Shown: one piece after another, positions 1 to 23,048 of the stretch
How the letters are laid out: each line of letters starts with the position of its first letter
Position numbering within the stretch: the first letter of the stretch is position 1
Assembly (NCBI GenBank): GCA_012295275.1
Contig: CM022676.1
Location: 14,384,001 to 14,448,000, forward strand
Length of the DNA: 64,000 nucleotides
Source of the DNA: Chrysomallon squamiferum
Taxonomy: Eukaryota; Animalia; Mollusca
Direction: 5' to 3'
Program-made: the position numbers and the translations under genes
The notes under the pieces: model-generated
Seen by the model: the letters and a program-made list of their open reading frames with translations, nothing else
Database searches by the model: none
What the model was told of the DNA's origin: nothing

Positions 1-241
1 AACTCTGACTCTGTCTGAATAATTCATTTTCGTAATTCTTCAATTCCTGACACAAAAATGAGCAGATCGTTGTTGTATTATTCTTTGATATAAATTAAAA
101 AGATCAGCTTTATACCTGAGGCAAATATTTACTTATTATTTCTTTATTTAGTTAGTTACTTACTTAATGACTTACATCCTTACTTGCTTATTTATTTATT
201 TATGTACATTTTTCATTGATTTATTGGGTTATATTTATGAC

Positions 242-285
<44 letters not shown>

Positions 286-1935
286 TTATTTTATTTTATT
301 TTATTGTTTGAGTTTTCCATTTATATTTTAAAAAAAAGTAAAAAAAAAAAAAAATCATTTCTTCTTATTTACTGACAGGTCACTTAAGTCACTGTATACT
401 ATATACGAATGCATTGTATGTAATGTGCTGTTTGCAGAACGATATGTGAAAACACTATTTACATGATAGAATAGAATTTAACAAAATTTAATTTAATTTT
501 ACCACAAGTGATGTTGTAGAATAATAGCCATTATAATGCTATATAAAAATAAAAAACAATTGATTTTTTTTTTTTTTTTTTTTTTTATATTTCTCTTTAC
601 TTCATTCAGTCATGTTTAAGAACTATCGAAAGATGGCATTAGGGTTTGTGTAATAGTCAGGTTGTGTTGGCAAATGCTGTTGAAATTATTTGAAACAGAT
701 AATACGAACACAATGGGTGTTAACATTCACGTTAGTAAAATACGTGATTATGTTTACAACTACAGTTAATTCAGTGCTGGTACTAGTGTTAGATTTAGTT
801 TAGATTTAATGTTAAAAGTTTTGCTTTCATGTAGAATTATCTAAAATATTAAGTCCATGGTTATGTCCGCATTGAATTAGGATTAATGTTAAGTTTACGA
901 TCTGCTCTGACGTGGGATTAGTCTTTTGTATGATTACGATTTTGAGAAAGATATAACATTGGACGAAATAGTTTTCTGACAGTTGAAGGTTCAGATATGT
1001 ACTGGTAATATTTCGTAGTATAACGAAAACTAAGATTATTATTGAATCACGTTAGATTTAGTTTTAAAGTTATCGTTAAGATTATATTTGAATTAAAACT
1101 TTATTTAGTGTTTAATAATACTCAGTATGAATAGTGGCAGAGACTGATACATGGTGAGATATTCAGTATGTATCATGATACGATATATTTGTAATGTTTT
1201 GTTACAAGAACACAGATCTGTACATGGAGGCTTTCCCTGGTACACTAATATTTATTTTTATATTAATAAACACTTACGTATACATACACACACAAACACG
1301 TTTTGTCCACGCATTTACGTATATTTTCTTTCATTACTATTTTAATTTAAGGGTAGTTAACTCAGTTTTTCATTATCTGTGTTTCAGATATTTATTAGAT
1401 ACGTCATAGATTTGTACAGAAAGAAATAGTTTGTGTATTTGTTATCTGTGTCTGTATCTCTAAATAAAAACACACTCTTGATAGCACTGTTACAAGATCA
1501 ACTACAGACGACACGTCAATCTTTGAAATATGAAATTTTTTAAACTCAGTTGAAAAACAGCTTGAAACACCCGTACAACTGACTCAACGACCTATCATAC
1601 CCTGTTTGTGCCCGCATAGTACTACGCTTTGTGTACGCAACCTGTCCTACATTTTCTTTCGTCAGTTCTTTCCACACTCGTTCTGCACACACTACATTAC
1701 ACTGTTTATGGATCTTGTCAGTGAAATTTCTGTTGAACGAGACTAAGTTAAAATCAGGACTATGAAAATGTCCTAAAGGCGATATGAATAATACGAGGTA
1801 TCGCTTCGCATGTTTTCAAAGTGTTTCACTTGGCTCGTTCATATCGTGATAGTTTTAAACGATGCAGTACAAAATCAACTATTTTCAAATGTCAAATACT
1901 TTTAATAATCGGAGTTCGAAGCTGTTGCCATATCT

Positions 1936-1971
<36 letters not shown>

Positions 1972-2467
1972 TCTACATCACAAAACTGTAAATAAAAATT
2001 GCTGTTTGTTTTCTTATTTAACCTGAGTTTTCATCCGTTCCAACTACTGTCTCAAGACTTGTGTATTAAATAATTATTATTGTGTTTCTTTTTGTCCAGA
2101 CAGTATAAAACATAAAGACATTCCTCCTGTTACTGATATGTGTGTAATGTGTAGGGCGCCTGCAATCATTATAGAATTTTGTCACGTATAAAGTAAAACA
2201 ATTACTGTCAGACAGTTACACATTGATTATAATTATTGTCTAAACAGCAAATAGAGAGCGTTAATTTATGCAGGAAATGCACACACACATGCGCACAAAC
2301 ACACACACACACACACACATGTCAAATGTCTACAGACAGTTTAAACAACGCTACATAAATCAGCTAGCACGTTGTTTATCTACTGCAACTCAGTTTTAAA
2401 GAATAAACTAATATTAAAAGTTAAGTTAAGAAAACGATAATATTAAATGTGTTCCGTGATTTAAAAT

Positions 2468-2515
<48 letters not shown>

Positions 2516-3120
2516 CCATTTCAGTTTCTCAATCATATCTTCATGTATTTATCCTTTAAAATTTCTCATATAAATGCATTGTCAAACTCTAATAAAAATT
2601 GTCATAACTTATTCAGTGTTTTTCTTTTGATATTCCATAACATTTTATTTAAACTGAAACAAATTTAATAAGAATGACACAGTATAAAAGAAATAAAACA
2701 GTCATAAATTTTCTTATTAAAATTTACAATAATACCAGTGCATTTCTGCTCTGTACTTTCTCCTCTGTCGTTTCCACTTCGTGACACATAGAAAACAATC
2801 TGAAATTTATTTATATATACTTCATTATTTATATATTAAACGCACATATACACATACAGGAATACAGACAAATCACATAGAAACATATAAAGACCGAAAC
2901 ACACACATATGCACACATTCTCACAAACACACAAATCTGCAAGAAACAAACGAATACACAAAAAGCGCTCCCACACATAACAGCCACACAAGCTCATTAA
3001 TGCACACTGTATGTAACTAGGATATGACTAAGCGAGAGAGACTCTTGTCACTCCAATGTGTATCAAGTCCTGTTTTACTTTGCAAGTTTTAATCGTGATG
3101 CTTTTCCAGGTCACAGACAA

Positions 3121-3135
3121 GGAAGTGAAAGATAA
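3121..3135 (+). promoter_or_regulatory. Candidate Ets-IRF composite element (GGAAGTGAAA) with abutting GATA site (AGATAA)
   Basis: Matches GGAAnnGAAA, about 540 bp upstream of the receptor ATG; the same 10-mer lies in sense orientation upstream of the - strand Ig gene (41394-41403). Confidence 0.3.
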
Positions 3136-3352
3136 CAAAAATAAATTTATTAAGCGCTCTTTATTCACCTTCATTCACTGTCTCGAGAAAGTTTTCTTTA
3201 ACATTTCAGTATTTCGATGTGATTTTGCGATTAAAAGTATTGTGTTAGATTTTAACACAGATTTTTATAATTGTGTGTTTTCTCTCTTGTCTTACGTGTG
3301 TCTTTCTTACAGTTGTAATCAGTGTTTACTTCAGTAAATGTTTAAAACGTGG

Positions 3353-3648
3353 GAACGACTGACACTATGAAGAGAACGACTGACACTATGAAGAGAAGGA
3401 ATGACACTATGAAGAGAACGACTGACACTATGAAGAGAACGACTGACACTACGAAGAGAACGAGTGACACTATGAAGAGAACGAGTGACACTATGAAGAG
3501 AACGACTGACACTATGAAGAGAACGAGTGACACTATGAAGAGAACGAGTGACACTATGAAGAGAACGACTGGCACTATGAAGAGAACGAGTGAGACTATG
3601 AAGAGAACGAGTGACACTATGAAGAGAACGACTGACACTATGAAGAGA
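3353..3648 (+). repeat. 21-bp minisatellite, about 14 copies (GACACTATGAAGAGAACGA[C/G]T)
   Basis: Directly visible tandem array; reads (MKRT[T/S]DT)n in frame with ATG 3670. Confidence 0.97.
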
Positions 3649-3669
3649 CAATGTCTAGAGTCGGGTAGA

Positions 3670-12805
<9,136 letters not shown>

Positions 12806-13156
12806 ACAGACCAGACTGACAGTGTAGACCTGATTTACTGGGATGTTTTATTACTTTCAGGATAACACAGAAAGTATTAGGATCTTCAAGAACTTTTAAA
12901 TAGATTTCTAGTTCAGTCTAACAACACTTTAAATAGACACTAATACGGACACTGAATCTGCCTTATCTTCTGGATTTTTAAGTAGACTAAGTCCAAAGTA
13001 GACTAATGTCAAATGCACGTTAAGTTAAACACAGACTGAGTGTAGTAATATTTACACAAGTGTTAGTGCTTTGCTTATTAAACTGTCAAAAGCTTTAACA
13101 ATGGATGACTGGTCTTATTTTTAGGTGAATGAGTAATTTAGATATTTTCTATGCTA

Positions 13157-13202
<46 letters not shown>

Positions 13203-13624
13203 TAATGAAAGCAGATAAAAGCAATATGTATATAAAGATATATCCAATAATTAATATATGTTCTTTTTGCACGTTTAATTAAACGAATTCCATATGCAAC
13301 TGATTTGCTCTTTTTGTATGTGAAAACTAAATTCTATATAAAGTAATGCACAGTTCGAGGACCATAAAGAAATGAAAAAAGGAAAGGAGAAAGAAATAAA
13401 ATAACAGGCAAGAAGATATTTGAGAATTAATAATGTGTTAAATACATCAGGCTGAATCATACTGAGATAATTTGAAGTTTTCCTTTAATAATATAAATAA
13501 ATAGTTTGATATAATAATGCTAACAAAGCTAAGCTATTTAACTTATTTTACTATATTTTGTTATCGAAGTTCAGGTATTATTTTATTTTATTATAATCTA
13601 ATCAAAGTTAATTTGTTTTAATTT

Positions 13625-13774
13625 AATGTAAACAAAGTTAAAATGCCTACATTAAGTCATTCTAATATGACCTATGTTAAATAATTCTAATAAAATGTAA
13701 ACAAAGTTAAGATGACCTATTTTAAATCATTCTAATAAAATGTAAACAAAGTTAAGATGACCTATTTTAAATCA
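13625..13774. repeat. About 45-bp tandem repeat, about 3 copies
   Basis: AATGTAAACAAAGTTAAGATGACCTATTTTAAATCATTCTAATAA repeated. Confidence 0.8.
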
Positions 13775-14363
13775 CTGCTGTGTCGCTGTATTACTCGCTA
13801 TTATTAGAATGAACTCAAGTGTCAGTGTAACTACTCGTGTGTGTTTTCACAGTAAACTGATGTGTTTAAATAATAATAACAACAACCACAACAAAAAGAC
13901 CAACAATAACAATAATAATAATAATAACAATGATGATGATGATGATGATAATAATAATAATAATAAAGTTACAGTTATTTCCCTTTGTATTTAAACTTGA
14001 TTGAGACTTGGATCAAACTATGAAAACTCATAACTGTAACAGGACAGACAACAAAAAGAAAGATTGTATGTATGTAGAGTGAGATTATTTGTGTAATCAA
14101 ACTGACTGAATGTTAATCTGTCTGAAGGAAGATGAACGAATAACAGACAAAGAGAAAATGAAGGAATAAAGAAAATTAAATTAAAGTGTTTTTATTTTAC
14201 GCTATTTTATAAACCAAATTAATAATAAATTAATAACGAATAAATAAATGAACGAATAAGCATATCAATAATGACTAAATAAATCTGTGAATAAATAATA
14301 ACAAAAAGTGAAGATGTAGAAAAAAATGTATATTTAAGTGAATTTTAAATAAATTAAGTAAAT

Positions 14364-14437
<74 letters not shown>

Positions 14438-15907
14438 ACTTAAGTTTTCAAAATATCTGAAGAAAAACGTTAAATTAGGTTTAGGATTAGACTACTGTTT
14501 ATATAGTTTACTAATATAATTATGTCGAAAACTTCGTCCTTTCTTTCTCTCTTTATCTCACTCATTATTATCAGCATCATCATCTATTACTATTTCTTCT
14601 GTCATATTTGTTGTTGTTGTTGTTATTGTATTACAGATAACAATGCATCTGAAAATTACCTTGCTGACTATTCTAATTTACAAACAAGTAGTCTTTGTAT
14701 AGCAAGTAATGGTATTTGATTTCATCAACACTGTCAAACAAATAAGAACAATATCGCTGTTATGTGAGAAACTGATGATTATGGTCTGATTATTTCGAAT
14801 ACGGCTTATGTTTAAGTGTTCCCTTTATTTCGATACAACAAAGAAATAGGATCGCATAACTCGAAGTACGTAGGACACTGATCACAATAGTCTTCTGTAG
14901 TAATGAATCCACAGAAGTTTAGTAAAATAAATAAACTTGTTTCAGGAAGTCTAGTTGATATATTGCTTGAATGTGGTTCTCTCTGTAATATGGGTGGAAA
15001 TTAACGCATAACCACGACCTCGGAAATCGATATTTGATTATTCTCCCCAAATCTAAACAGTAAGGACTATTTTTTTTTGTAATCACTAAAATCCATTATA
15101 GTTAAATATGTTCGTTTTACTCAACCACTAACTAAACGGTTACGGCTGTGTTTTAATTACTTGCTGATAAAGTTTGTTTTGTATAATGCAGTTATGTTTC
15201 CGGGGTCAGTTTGGGAGACAAGTTTTCTCCAGTAACTCATGGACCGTCGTTAAAGTCAAAACGAAAAACACTTTTTGTATAAATTTTGGGGGTGTTCAGC
15301 TGTTACTTGTCCTATATTGTCTATATTCCGAATTTGAATTTTAAAATTAATTATTTTTTAAACATAATCTAGATTGAAAATTATATATAATGAACAAAAC
15401 TGGTCACAGGTATTTGTTAATATAAATAAATAAATAAACTTTAGAAGATTTGGACGGCATTTAAATGATATAGTGTTGTTTTAACAGATTTAAAGAAATC
15501 AGTTTTACTACTGTTAGATCATTTTTTATTTATTTATTTTATTATTGTTATTATTTTTTGTGTTTATTTATTTAACTCAATATCATGCTGTGAGTTTAAT
15601 TTATTATTATTATTATTATTTATCATTCTTAAATAAATTAAATGTATGTAGTAAAATAAAATTTAGTTGCATTGCTTTTAACATCAAATCAAAATGTTGT
15701 AACTTTCATCTATACTTAGATCAATTATATTTTCTTACCTTTTAATTTTTATATATGAAACTAACAACTGCTATTTGTTTCGTTTGTGTATTTTCTTTTG
15801 CTGATATGTGTATAAAATAAATATGTAAGTAAAATGTATTATGCTTGGCATTTATTGTACAAGAAGAAAATGTTGGTGTATTAACAAATTAACAACTGAT
15901 ACAGGCT

Positions 15908-16327
15908 CTAAGCAAGTTGATGAATAAGCAGTGGCAATGTTTCTAGTAGTCAACACTAAGTAATCTGATAAACTAATAGTGACACTGTTTCTACAGGTCA
16001 CACTAAGTATGTTGATAAACTTGTAGTGACAATGTTTCTAGTAGTCAACACTAAGTAATCTGATAAACTAATAGTGACACTGTTTCTACAGTTCACACTA
16101 AGTATGTTGATAAACTTGTAGTGACAATGTTTCTAGTAGTCAACACTAAGTAAGCTGATAAACTAATAGTGACACTGTTTTACAGTTCACACTAAGTATT
16201 GATAAACTTGTAGTGACAATGTTTCTAGTAGTCAACACTAAGCAAGCTGATAAGCTAATAGTGACAGTATTTCTACAGTTCACACTAAGTATGTTGATAA
16301 ACTTGTAGTGACAATGTTTCTAGTAGT
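15908..16327. repeat. Dimeric minisatellite: 48-bp + 47-bp related monomers forming a 95-bp unit, about 4.3 copies
   Basis: Alternating GTGACAATGTTTCTAGTAGTCAACACTAAG... and GTGACACTGTTTCTACAGTTCACACTAAG...; A monomers start at 15931, 16026, 16121. Confidence 0.92.
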
Positions 16328-16612
16328 TTAAGACAGTTGCTAGTAGTGAAAACCTGACAATAAGTGATTTCATCAGAAGATTGGAAGAAAGAAACAACAA
16401 TACATCCTTTAAGCTTAGAATCAGATTTATTTACTAATCTACAATGTTGTATACAAGTCTGTGAATCAGATTTATTTACTAAGTATGTTCATTTTCAATT
16501 ACTTTATTTGTTTTTTTTTTGTTTTTTATCTTTCTTTCTTTTTTCTAATTTTATTTCTTTTTATTAAAATATTAGTAAAAATAATTTGCTTTAACCTGTT
16601 TTCTCTTTACAG

Positions 16613-19214
16613 AAATATGCATGGACTGAGAATATGTAAGTAAACCCTATATTTTGTGTGTGTGTGTATGGTTTTATTAGTATGTGTCAATTGTGACTTA
16701 CGTTTGTCTTAAAATGTTAAAGAAGCTGTGTAAATCTTAACTTAGAGAATTACAATTTGATTTAGATATCTTTGTTGATGTCTCTGAACTGTTATAAACT
16801 TGAGCTTATAAGTAAAACACTTTGCTTTTTGTTGTAAAATATTTTAACACTATTAGCAGAACACTACTTTATCACACTCTAGTGTTGACTGTTTTCTGAT
16901 AAGAAGAAAGAAAGTCTAGTGCAGTTTATGGAATGTGACACAGACACTCAGATGACAGGTGTTAATCAAGGAGATGGTAAGTGAACTAATAAATATGAAA
17001 TGCAGTATATAGCTGAGGTAAAACATTTTAAATTATGTTCATTTTATATGTTGTTTTCTGTTAAAGAAATGTCATCCATCCAATTAAAAAAAATATATAT
17101 ATTTATACTGCACATTTATGCTGTAGAAACATAACATGCTGAAAATACTCTTCTAAGATTTTTATTTTTCACAACTTTTTTTATTCACTCAGGTCCAGAG
17201 AGCTGGATAGCAGCATCGTTGACATCGGCAGTTAATGTGATACAGTGTTCTGATCAGACAACAACTGCATTGCAAGCAGCCAGTGTCATTCAGTCTCAGC
17301 CACTTGTGCAGCAACCAGCAGCATCAGTGACATTGTTATTGTAACTGATACACCTGATATGTGATTTCTGAAACAAATTAGAATAAAACAGACAAAGTTT
17401 GTTTGTGCTGGATAATGTAAACAGCAAACTAGTAGAGATTTCAGAAGGTGAGTCAAAAGATTCATTTTATTATAAAACTTTATTATATTTCTAATTATAA
17501 GATTTCTGTTTAGTGGTAAAACTTGATTTTAATGTAAGACTTCAGTCTAGTTATAAAACTTATTATATTTGTAAAACTGAATATACTTATAATTATAAGA
17601 CTTTTCTTTTTAAAACTGATTATACTTATTATTATAAGACTTCAGTTTAGTTACAAAAATTGATTATAAAGTTTTGGTTGTATTTACTTGAACTGTGATA
17701 TTTTGTTAAATCTTATTAGACAGACTGATAATCTATATAACTACTGAGAGGTATTTATTATTATTATTGATCAAGATCCAGGATTTATTCTAATTAGCTG
17801 AACATTTTAGTGATTTTATTTTTATTTTCTATTTTATTTGTTTCAAAATTCCATGATCAGACATTTTTAACTGTGTTTTATATTTTACTAACCACGGAAT
17901 TTACAAAATTCAAATCTGAGGTATTTTCCAGTGCCTGTGATAAGAAACTTTGCATATTTTCTATACTTTGATAAATTTCTATTTATAAATCACTCTTACC
18001 TTTCTAGTTTGTGTTCACCATCAGTATGACATTGTTGTATAAGTAAAATAAAAACAAATATTATCTGCATTTATCACCAAAACTAAAAATTGAAACACCT
18101 GGCATTAAAAACAAAAAATGCAAATCTCAACTGGGGTATAATAATCAAATGGAAGGGTAACTCACAAATATATATATATATATATATATATCATTTTAAA
18201 AATAATTATTATTAAAAACAGAAAAGAAAAATCTCGTATTAAACAAGTTATCTCCCCTTAGACCACTTTCATATAGGAGTACATGCAATTAAATGTAAAT
18301 GAATTTATTTAACAAAATTTATTGCTGTAAATAAATTAAAAATATAAAGATATGATAAAAATGTTTAATATGAATAATTATGTTCATAAATTAACAAATT
18401 TTAAAAACAAAGTGGAAAAAAGTATTTATAGGTTTTAAACTATTTTGCTCTCTTACCTATGTGATAATAATAATAAAAATGTCTTCATGTATCTTAACAC
18501 TACCAGGCTGTAAAATCACTTTACTGAATGCTTCCCAGCTGGTTCGTACCAAAAGAAAAAAAAGATTAAAAAAGCCTGACATATAAAACTACTTTGAAGA
18601 CTGCCATGTGTTCTGAATAGTTAGAAAGTTAGTAAAGTCCTCACTCAAAGGAAACCTTCGTTTTCTACGATCCACACTAAATTAAATAAACTGGCACCAT
18701 CTTGGAAATTTCGAAAGCATGTTCAGTGAAGAGTTAAGTTGTTCAAGTGTTCTGAAAATATCTGTCAACTGTTTGTAAGAAGAATCTACATGAACTAAAT
18801 TACTTTGTTTTGATATTGGTAAAAATTGATGATTTTGACACAGTTTCTCAGCTAATTCAAAAATAAATTAGTGTTTTTACTTTCGACATACCAGATGTTA
18901 TTCTGCCAGAAAGGAAAAAAGGTTTTATAGGTGGTTTTAAACATGTACATTGCTCCATATAGTGATAATTTCATCACAGTTGTTGTGAAGCAAAACTTAG
19001 TAAAAATAACATTAATCATTGAATGAGAAACATTTTCCTAAATTTGTTTGTGTAATGGTTCATCGCGATTCTGTCAAGTTACGATGAACTTCACAACAAA
19101 AATATTTACTGCAATTTGTGCTGAAGAAAGCAATAACATGTGGTATCAAAAATTATCATTATGATTGGTGTCGAATGACAAGTTAATATGAATTTTACTT
19201 TGTGTCCATTTCAG

Positions 19215-19247
<33 letters not shown>

Positions 19248-19270
19248 ATTATTATTTAATTAAGTTTTTT

Positions 19271-19317
<47 letters not shown>

Positions 19318-19423
19318 TTTTTTTCAGATTTGCTAAATCAATGAAAACAGGTGAACACCGAAAGCTGCTCTGATGATATCTCACTAGAACAAGTTGCACA
19401 AAGATTTATTTCAAAGAAACAAG
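16613..19423 (+). pseudogene. Chain of exon-like segments of an unidentified decayed gene or spliced ncRNA
   Basis: Splice signals delimit 16613-16635, ...-16976, 17193-17447, 19328-19423; frames carry stops; no recognisable domain. Confidence 0.35.
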
Positions 19424-20312
19424 GTAATCTAGTAGTAGCAGTTCTAATAGTATTAGTAATTGTGGTAGTTATAGTAGATGTCATAATATACTAGGATCAA
19501 TAGTAGTAGTAGAAGTGGTGGTAGTACTTGCAATAGTAATAATTGTAGTTACAGTAGATGTCATAGTTTATTAGGAAGATTAAAGTGCAGTAGTAGCAGT
19601 CACTAGTCTGGTATTATTACTGTTAATACTTTAAAGTTGGCTCATCCTGTCTAAGGAGTAGCAGACTGTAACAGTGTCACGTGACAAGATGTTAGTGATC
19701 TGAGACAGCTTCAAGTATTCAGTGATTAGTCTCTACTGACCAGAGAATGATAATGGAAAAAAAAAAAAAAATACAATAATCTATTTAATATTGTTGATTT
19801 CCAAGCAGTTAAATCAAAATGCAAACACCAATAACTAACTTTAAGTGGATTCCAAGATTTTCTTACACTTATGAGTTACTTACAGTAATTAGAATTAACC
19901 GTTATTGACACGATTATGAATTATGATGAATAGTTTTCTTTGATTTGTCAACAAAAACACCTGATAGTTAAACTGATATGAATAGAAAACATAACACAGC
20001 GGTCCTATCCCGGTGAAGTGACTTGTATGATATTTGATTTAAGTCACATTTTTAATGAGCAGAGGATTGCTAACAACAACACGCAGAAAATCATTTATCA
20101 CCTTGTCAAACAGAAAATTGTCAGTTCCTAGTGAACCATTCACAGAAAATGACGTATTTTGAAATTTGAAGGTATTTGATATTTTCTGCAAATTTAAAGT
20201 ATTTTTTTAGCTGTCAGTTAGGTTAAACAAATCAGCAATGATTAATCCACTAATGTATTTTATCATATTATAAACTATTGAGCGAAATTAAATAAGTTTG
20301 TAGAAAGTAAAT

Positions 20313-20813
20313 GTTATTTCCATGTACAGGACAGAGCTATATATAAATATAGCTATGAACTGTTGCCATGTACAGGACACAGCTATATATAAATTTAGCT
20401 AAGAAATATTTCCATGTACAGGACATAGCTATGTATAAATATAGCTAAGAAATATTTCCATGTACAGGACAGAGCTATATATAAATATAGCTATGAACTG
20501 TTGCCATGTACAGGACACAGCTATATATAAATTTAGCTAAGAAATATTTCCATGTACAGGACAGAGCCATGTATAAATATAGCTAAAAAATATTTCCATG
20601 TACAGGACATAGCTATGTATAAATATAGCTAAGAAATATTTCCATGTACAGGACTTAGCTATATATAAATACAGCTATGAAATATTGCCATGTACAGGAC
20701 AGAGCCATGTATAAATATAGCTATGAAATATTTCCAGGTACAGGACACAGCTATATATAAATTTAGCTATGAAATATTTCCATGTACAGGACACAGCTAT
20801 GTATAAATATAGC
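20313..20813. repeat. 46-bp minisatellite, 11 copies, each with a TATA-like core
   Basis: CCATGTACAGGACANAGCTATRTATAAATWTAGCTA... at 46-bp spacing from 20320 to 20780. Confidence 0.95.
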
Positions 20814-20896
20814 AAACTGATCAGTGCAGTGTGATGTGTTGTATCACAACTGCGACCTGTACACGAAAGTAGTTTAAGATAATATTTAGTATTAAG

Positions 20897-20936
<40 letters not shown>

Positions 20937-21034
20937 CTGTAAGAATTGTAACAGTTCTATATTTGAACAACTTTTGTTTTCCTTTCTCTCCCCATTCCAT
21001 ATTATCATTGTTTTTGTTTGTTTGTAGTGAAAAC

Positions 21035-22460
21035 ATGGCGATCTCAGCTGCAATCTCAAGTGGCAGACAGGGAAGAAACGAAGTGAATGTATTGAATACA
21101 TTTTCCATACAAGAACAGAAATTAGATTTCTAGTGGAGAACATAAAATGGCTGTTGATGCACATCAGTTTGTTCTCATGACAAGAAGCGATGTTTTCCAT
21201 AAGATGTTTACAGGAGAACTTTGTGAAAAAAGTGACATTCTTCTACCAGATGTGGAGCCAGACATGTTCACAGAATTTTTAAAGTATGTTAACCCATGAA
21301 AACACACACAAACACAAACACAAATATATACATACAGACACAAATGTTGATACCAATACAGGTTTGCTAGTAAAATAATTATTTTCTAATTAATTAATGT
21401 CCCATAATTATCTCTTATCTTAAAGTTTTACAGTACATACTTTTTTTTCACAGATATCTTTATACAGATGACGTCGTCCTAACAGGCGTCAACGTCAGTG
21501 GTCTGCTGTATCTGTCGAGTAAGTACATCATCACAACATTTGAAGATCAGTGTGTGCGATATTTGGAGGAGTCGTTGTTGTCACAGAATTCATGCGTTGT
21601 GCTGGAACAAGCTCACCTGTTTGATAAACGTGATCTAATAAAACAAGCTCTGCTCTACAGTTTGGAAGATGGCAATGAAGTTTTGAAGTCAGATGAAGTC
21701 ACCGATCTTTGTCACGAGTGTCTGGTTGAGATCGTACGATCAGACGAACTGACAGCAGACGAGAAAAATGTTTTTGAAGCCGCTGTGAAGTGGGCTGACA
21801 GCGCGTGCAGGAAGCAAGGGAAGACGACGAGTGAAAAAAACATGCGCGAAGCACTGGGAGAGGTCGTGAAGCACGTGCGTTATCCATTACTCGATCAGAC
21901 GTATTTTGTAAAACACGTGACACCCACTCACATACTTAGACAGAAGCATTCAAGATTACAAAATATTTTCTTTGTCCAGATTAAGATATTTCACCTTTTA
22001 ACTTAAACATAAGAATTGCAGTGATTTGTAAAACACAGGTGACATTTGACCTGTTTCGTGGAATATATGGCTTGGGTCACTTGACATTTCTGGTGTCAAC
22101 AAAAACGCTTTACTTCGCAGATATCAGTTGTACGGTCACCGTCAACCACGAAACTACGACGTCAGTGCCTTCGTTACTGACACAAGAACAGACGAAATAC
22201 TGGACGGGTCTACACTGACACAGAAATATGAACACGTGTCTGACGTGTATGACGTCGTGTTCAGACGTCCAGGGAAGATTACTAAAGACACTGAGTTCAA
22301 CTTATTTGTTAATGTTAAGGGAGGAGACACATGGTGTGGAGTTGAAGGTAAATCAGAAATTATTGTAGACTCTTTTGTTTGTAGATTTGTGAGTCACGGA
22401 CAAATACGAACTTTGTTATTTTTCATTTCATTTCATTTTAGTTTAGTTTATTTATTTATT
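21035..22460 (+). pseudogene. BTB-BACK-PHR (BTBD1/2/3/6 family) pseudogene, 2 coding exons
   Basis: Exon 21035-21283 (WQTGK...AHQFVLMTRSDVFHKMF...LPDVEPDMFTEFLK) and exon from 21454 (YLYTD...BACK...PHR ...HGQI). 1-nt frameshift at about 21133 with TGA 21178-21180; further frameshifts/stop at about 21940-22110. Confidence 0.9.
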
Positions 22461-22534
22461 TATTTATTTTTGGATGTCATTTAAAAAATTATCTTAGTTT
22501 ATTTTTTGATACAAAAATGTTTGTTTGCCCATTT

Positions 22535-22661
22535 ATGAATATTTCCATGTACAGGACACAGCTATGTATAAATATAGCAAACTGATCAGTGCAGTGTGAT
22601 GTGCTGTATCAGAACTGCAACCTGTATACGAAAATAGTTTAAGATAATATTTAGTATTAAG

Positions 22662-22694
<33 letters not shown>

Positions 22695-23048
22695 CTGTAA
22701 GAATTTTAACAGTTCTATATTTGAACAATTTTTGTTTTCCTTTCTCTCCACATTCCATATTATCATTGTTTTTGTTTGTTTGTAGTGAAAACATGGCGAC
22801 CTCAGCTGCAATCTCAAGTTGGCAGACAGGGAAGAAATTAACTGAATGTATTGAACACGTTTTTCATACAAGAACAGAAATTAGATTTCTAGTGGAGAAC
22901 ATAAAACAGCAGTTGATGCACATCAGTTTATTTTCATGACAAGAAGCGATGTTTTCCATAAGATGTTTACAGGAGAACTTTGTGAACAAAGTGACATTCT
23001 TCTACCAGATTTGGAACCAGACATGTTCACTGAATTTTTAATGTATGC
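22535..23048 (+). pseudogene. Truncated tandem duplicate of the BTB pseudogene 5' region and exon 1 (ATG 22793)
   Basis: Close copy of about 20766-21290, same frameshift, TGA at 22937-22939, no second exon. Confidence 0.9.

Noticed and set aside
630-1110. TTAG-rich stretch possibly an old relative of the 49.6-55.8 kb satellite
   Set aside because: Too degenerate to align by eye.
15908-20813. Regular repeats resembling CRISPR arrays
   Set aside because: Head-to-tail units with no unique spacers, no cas genes, eukaryotic context.
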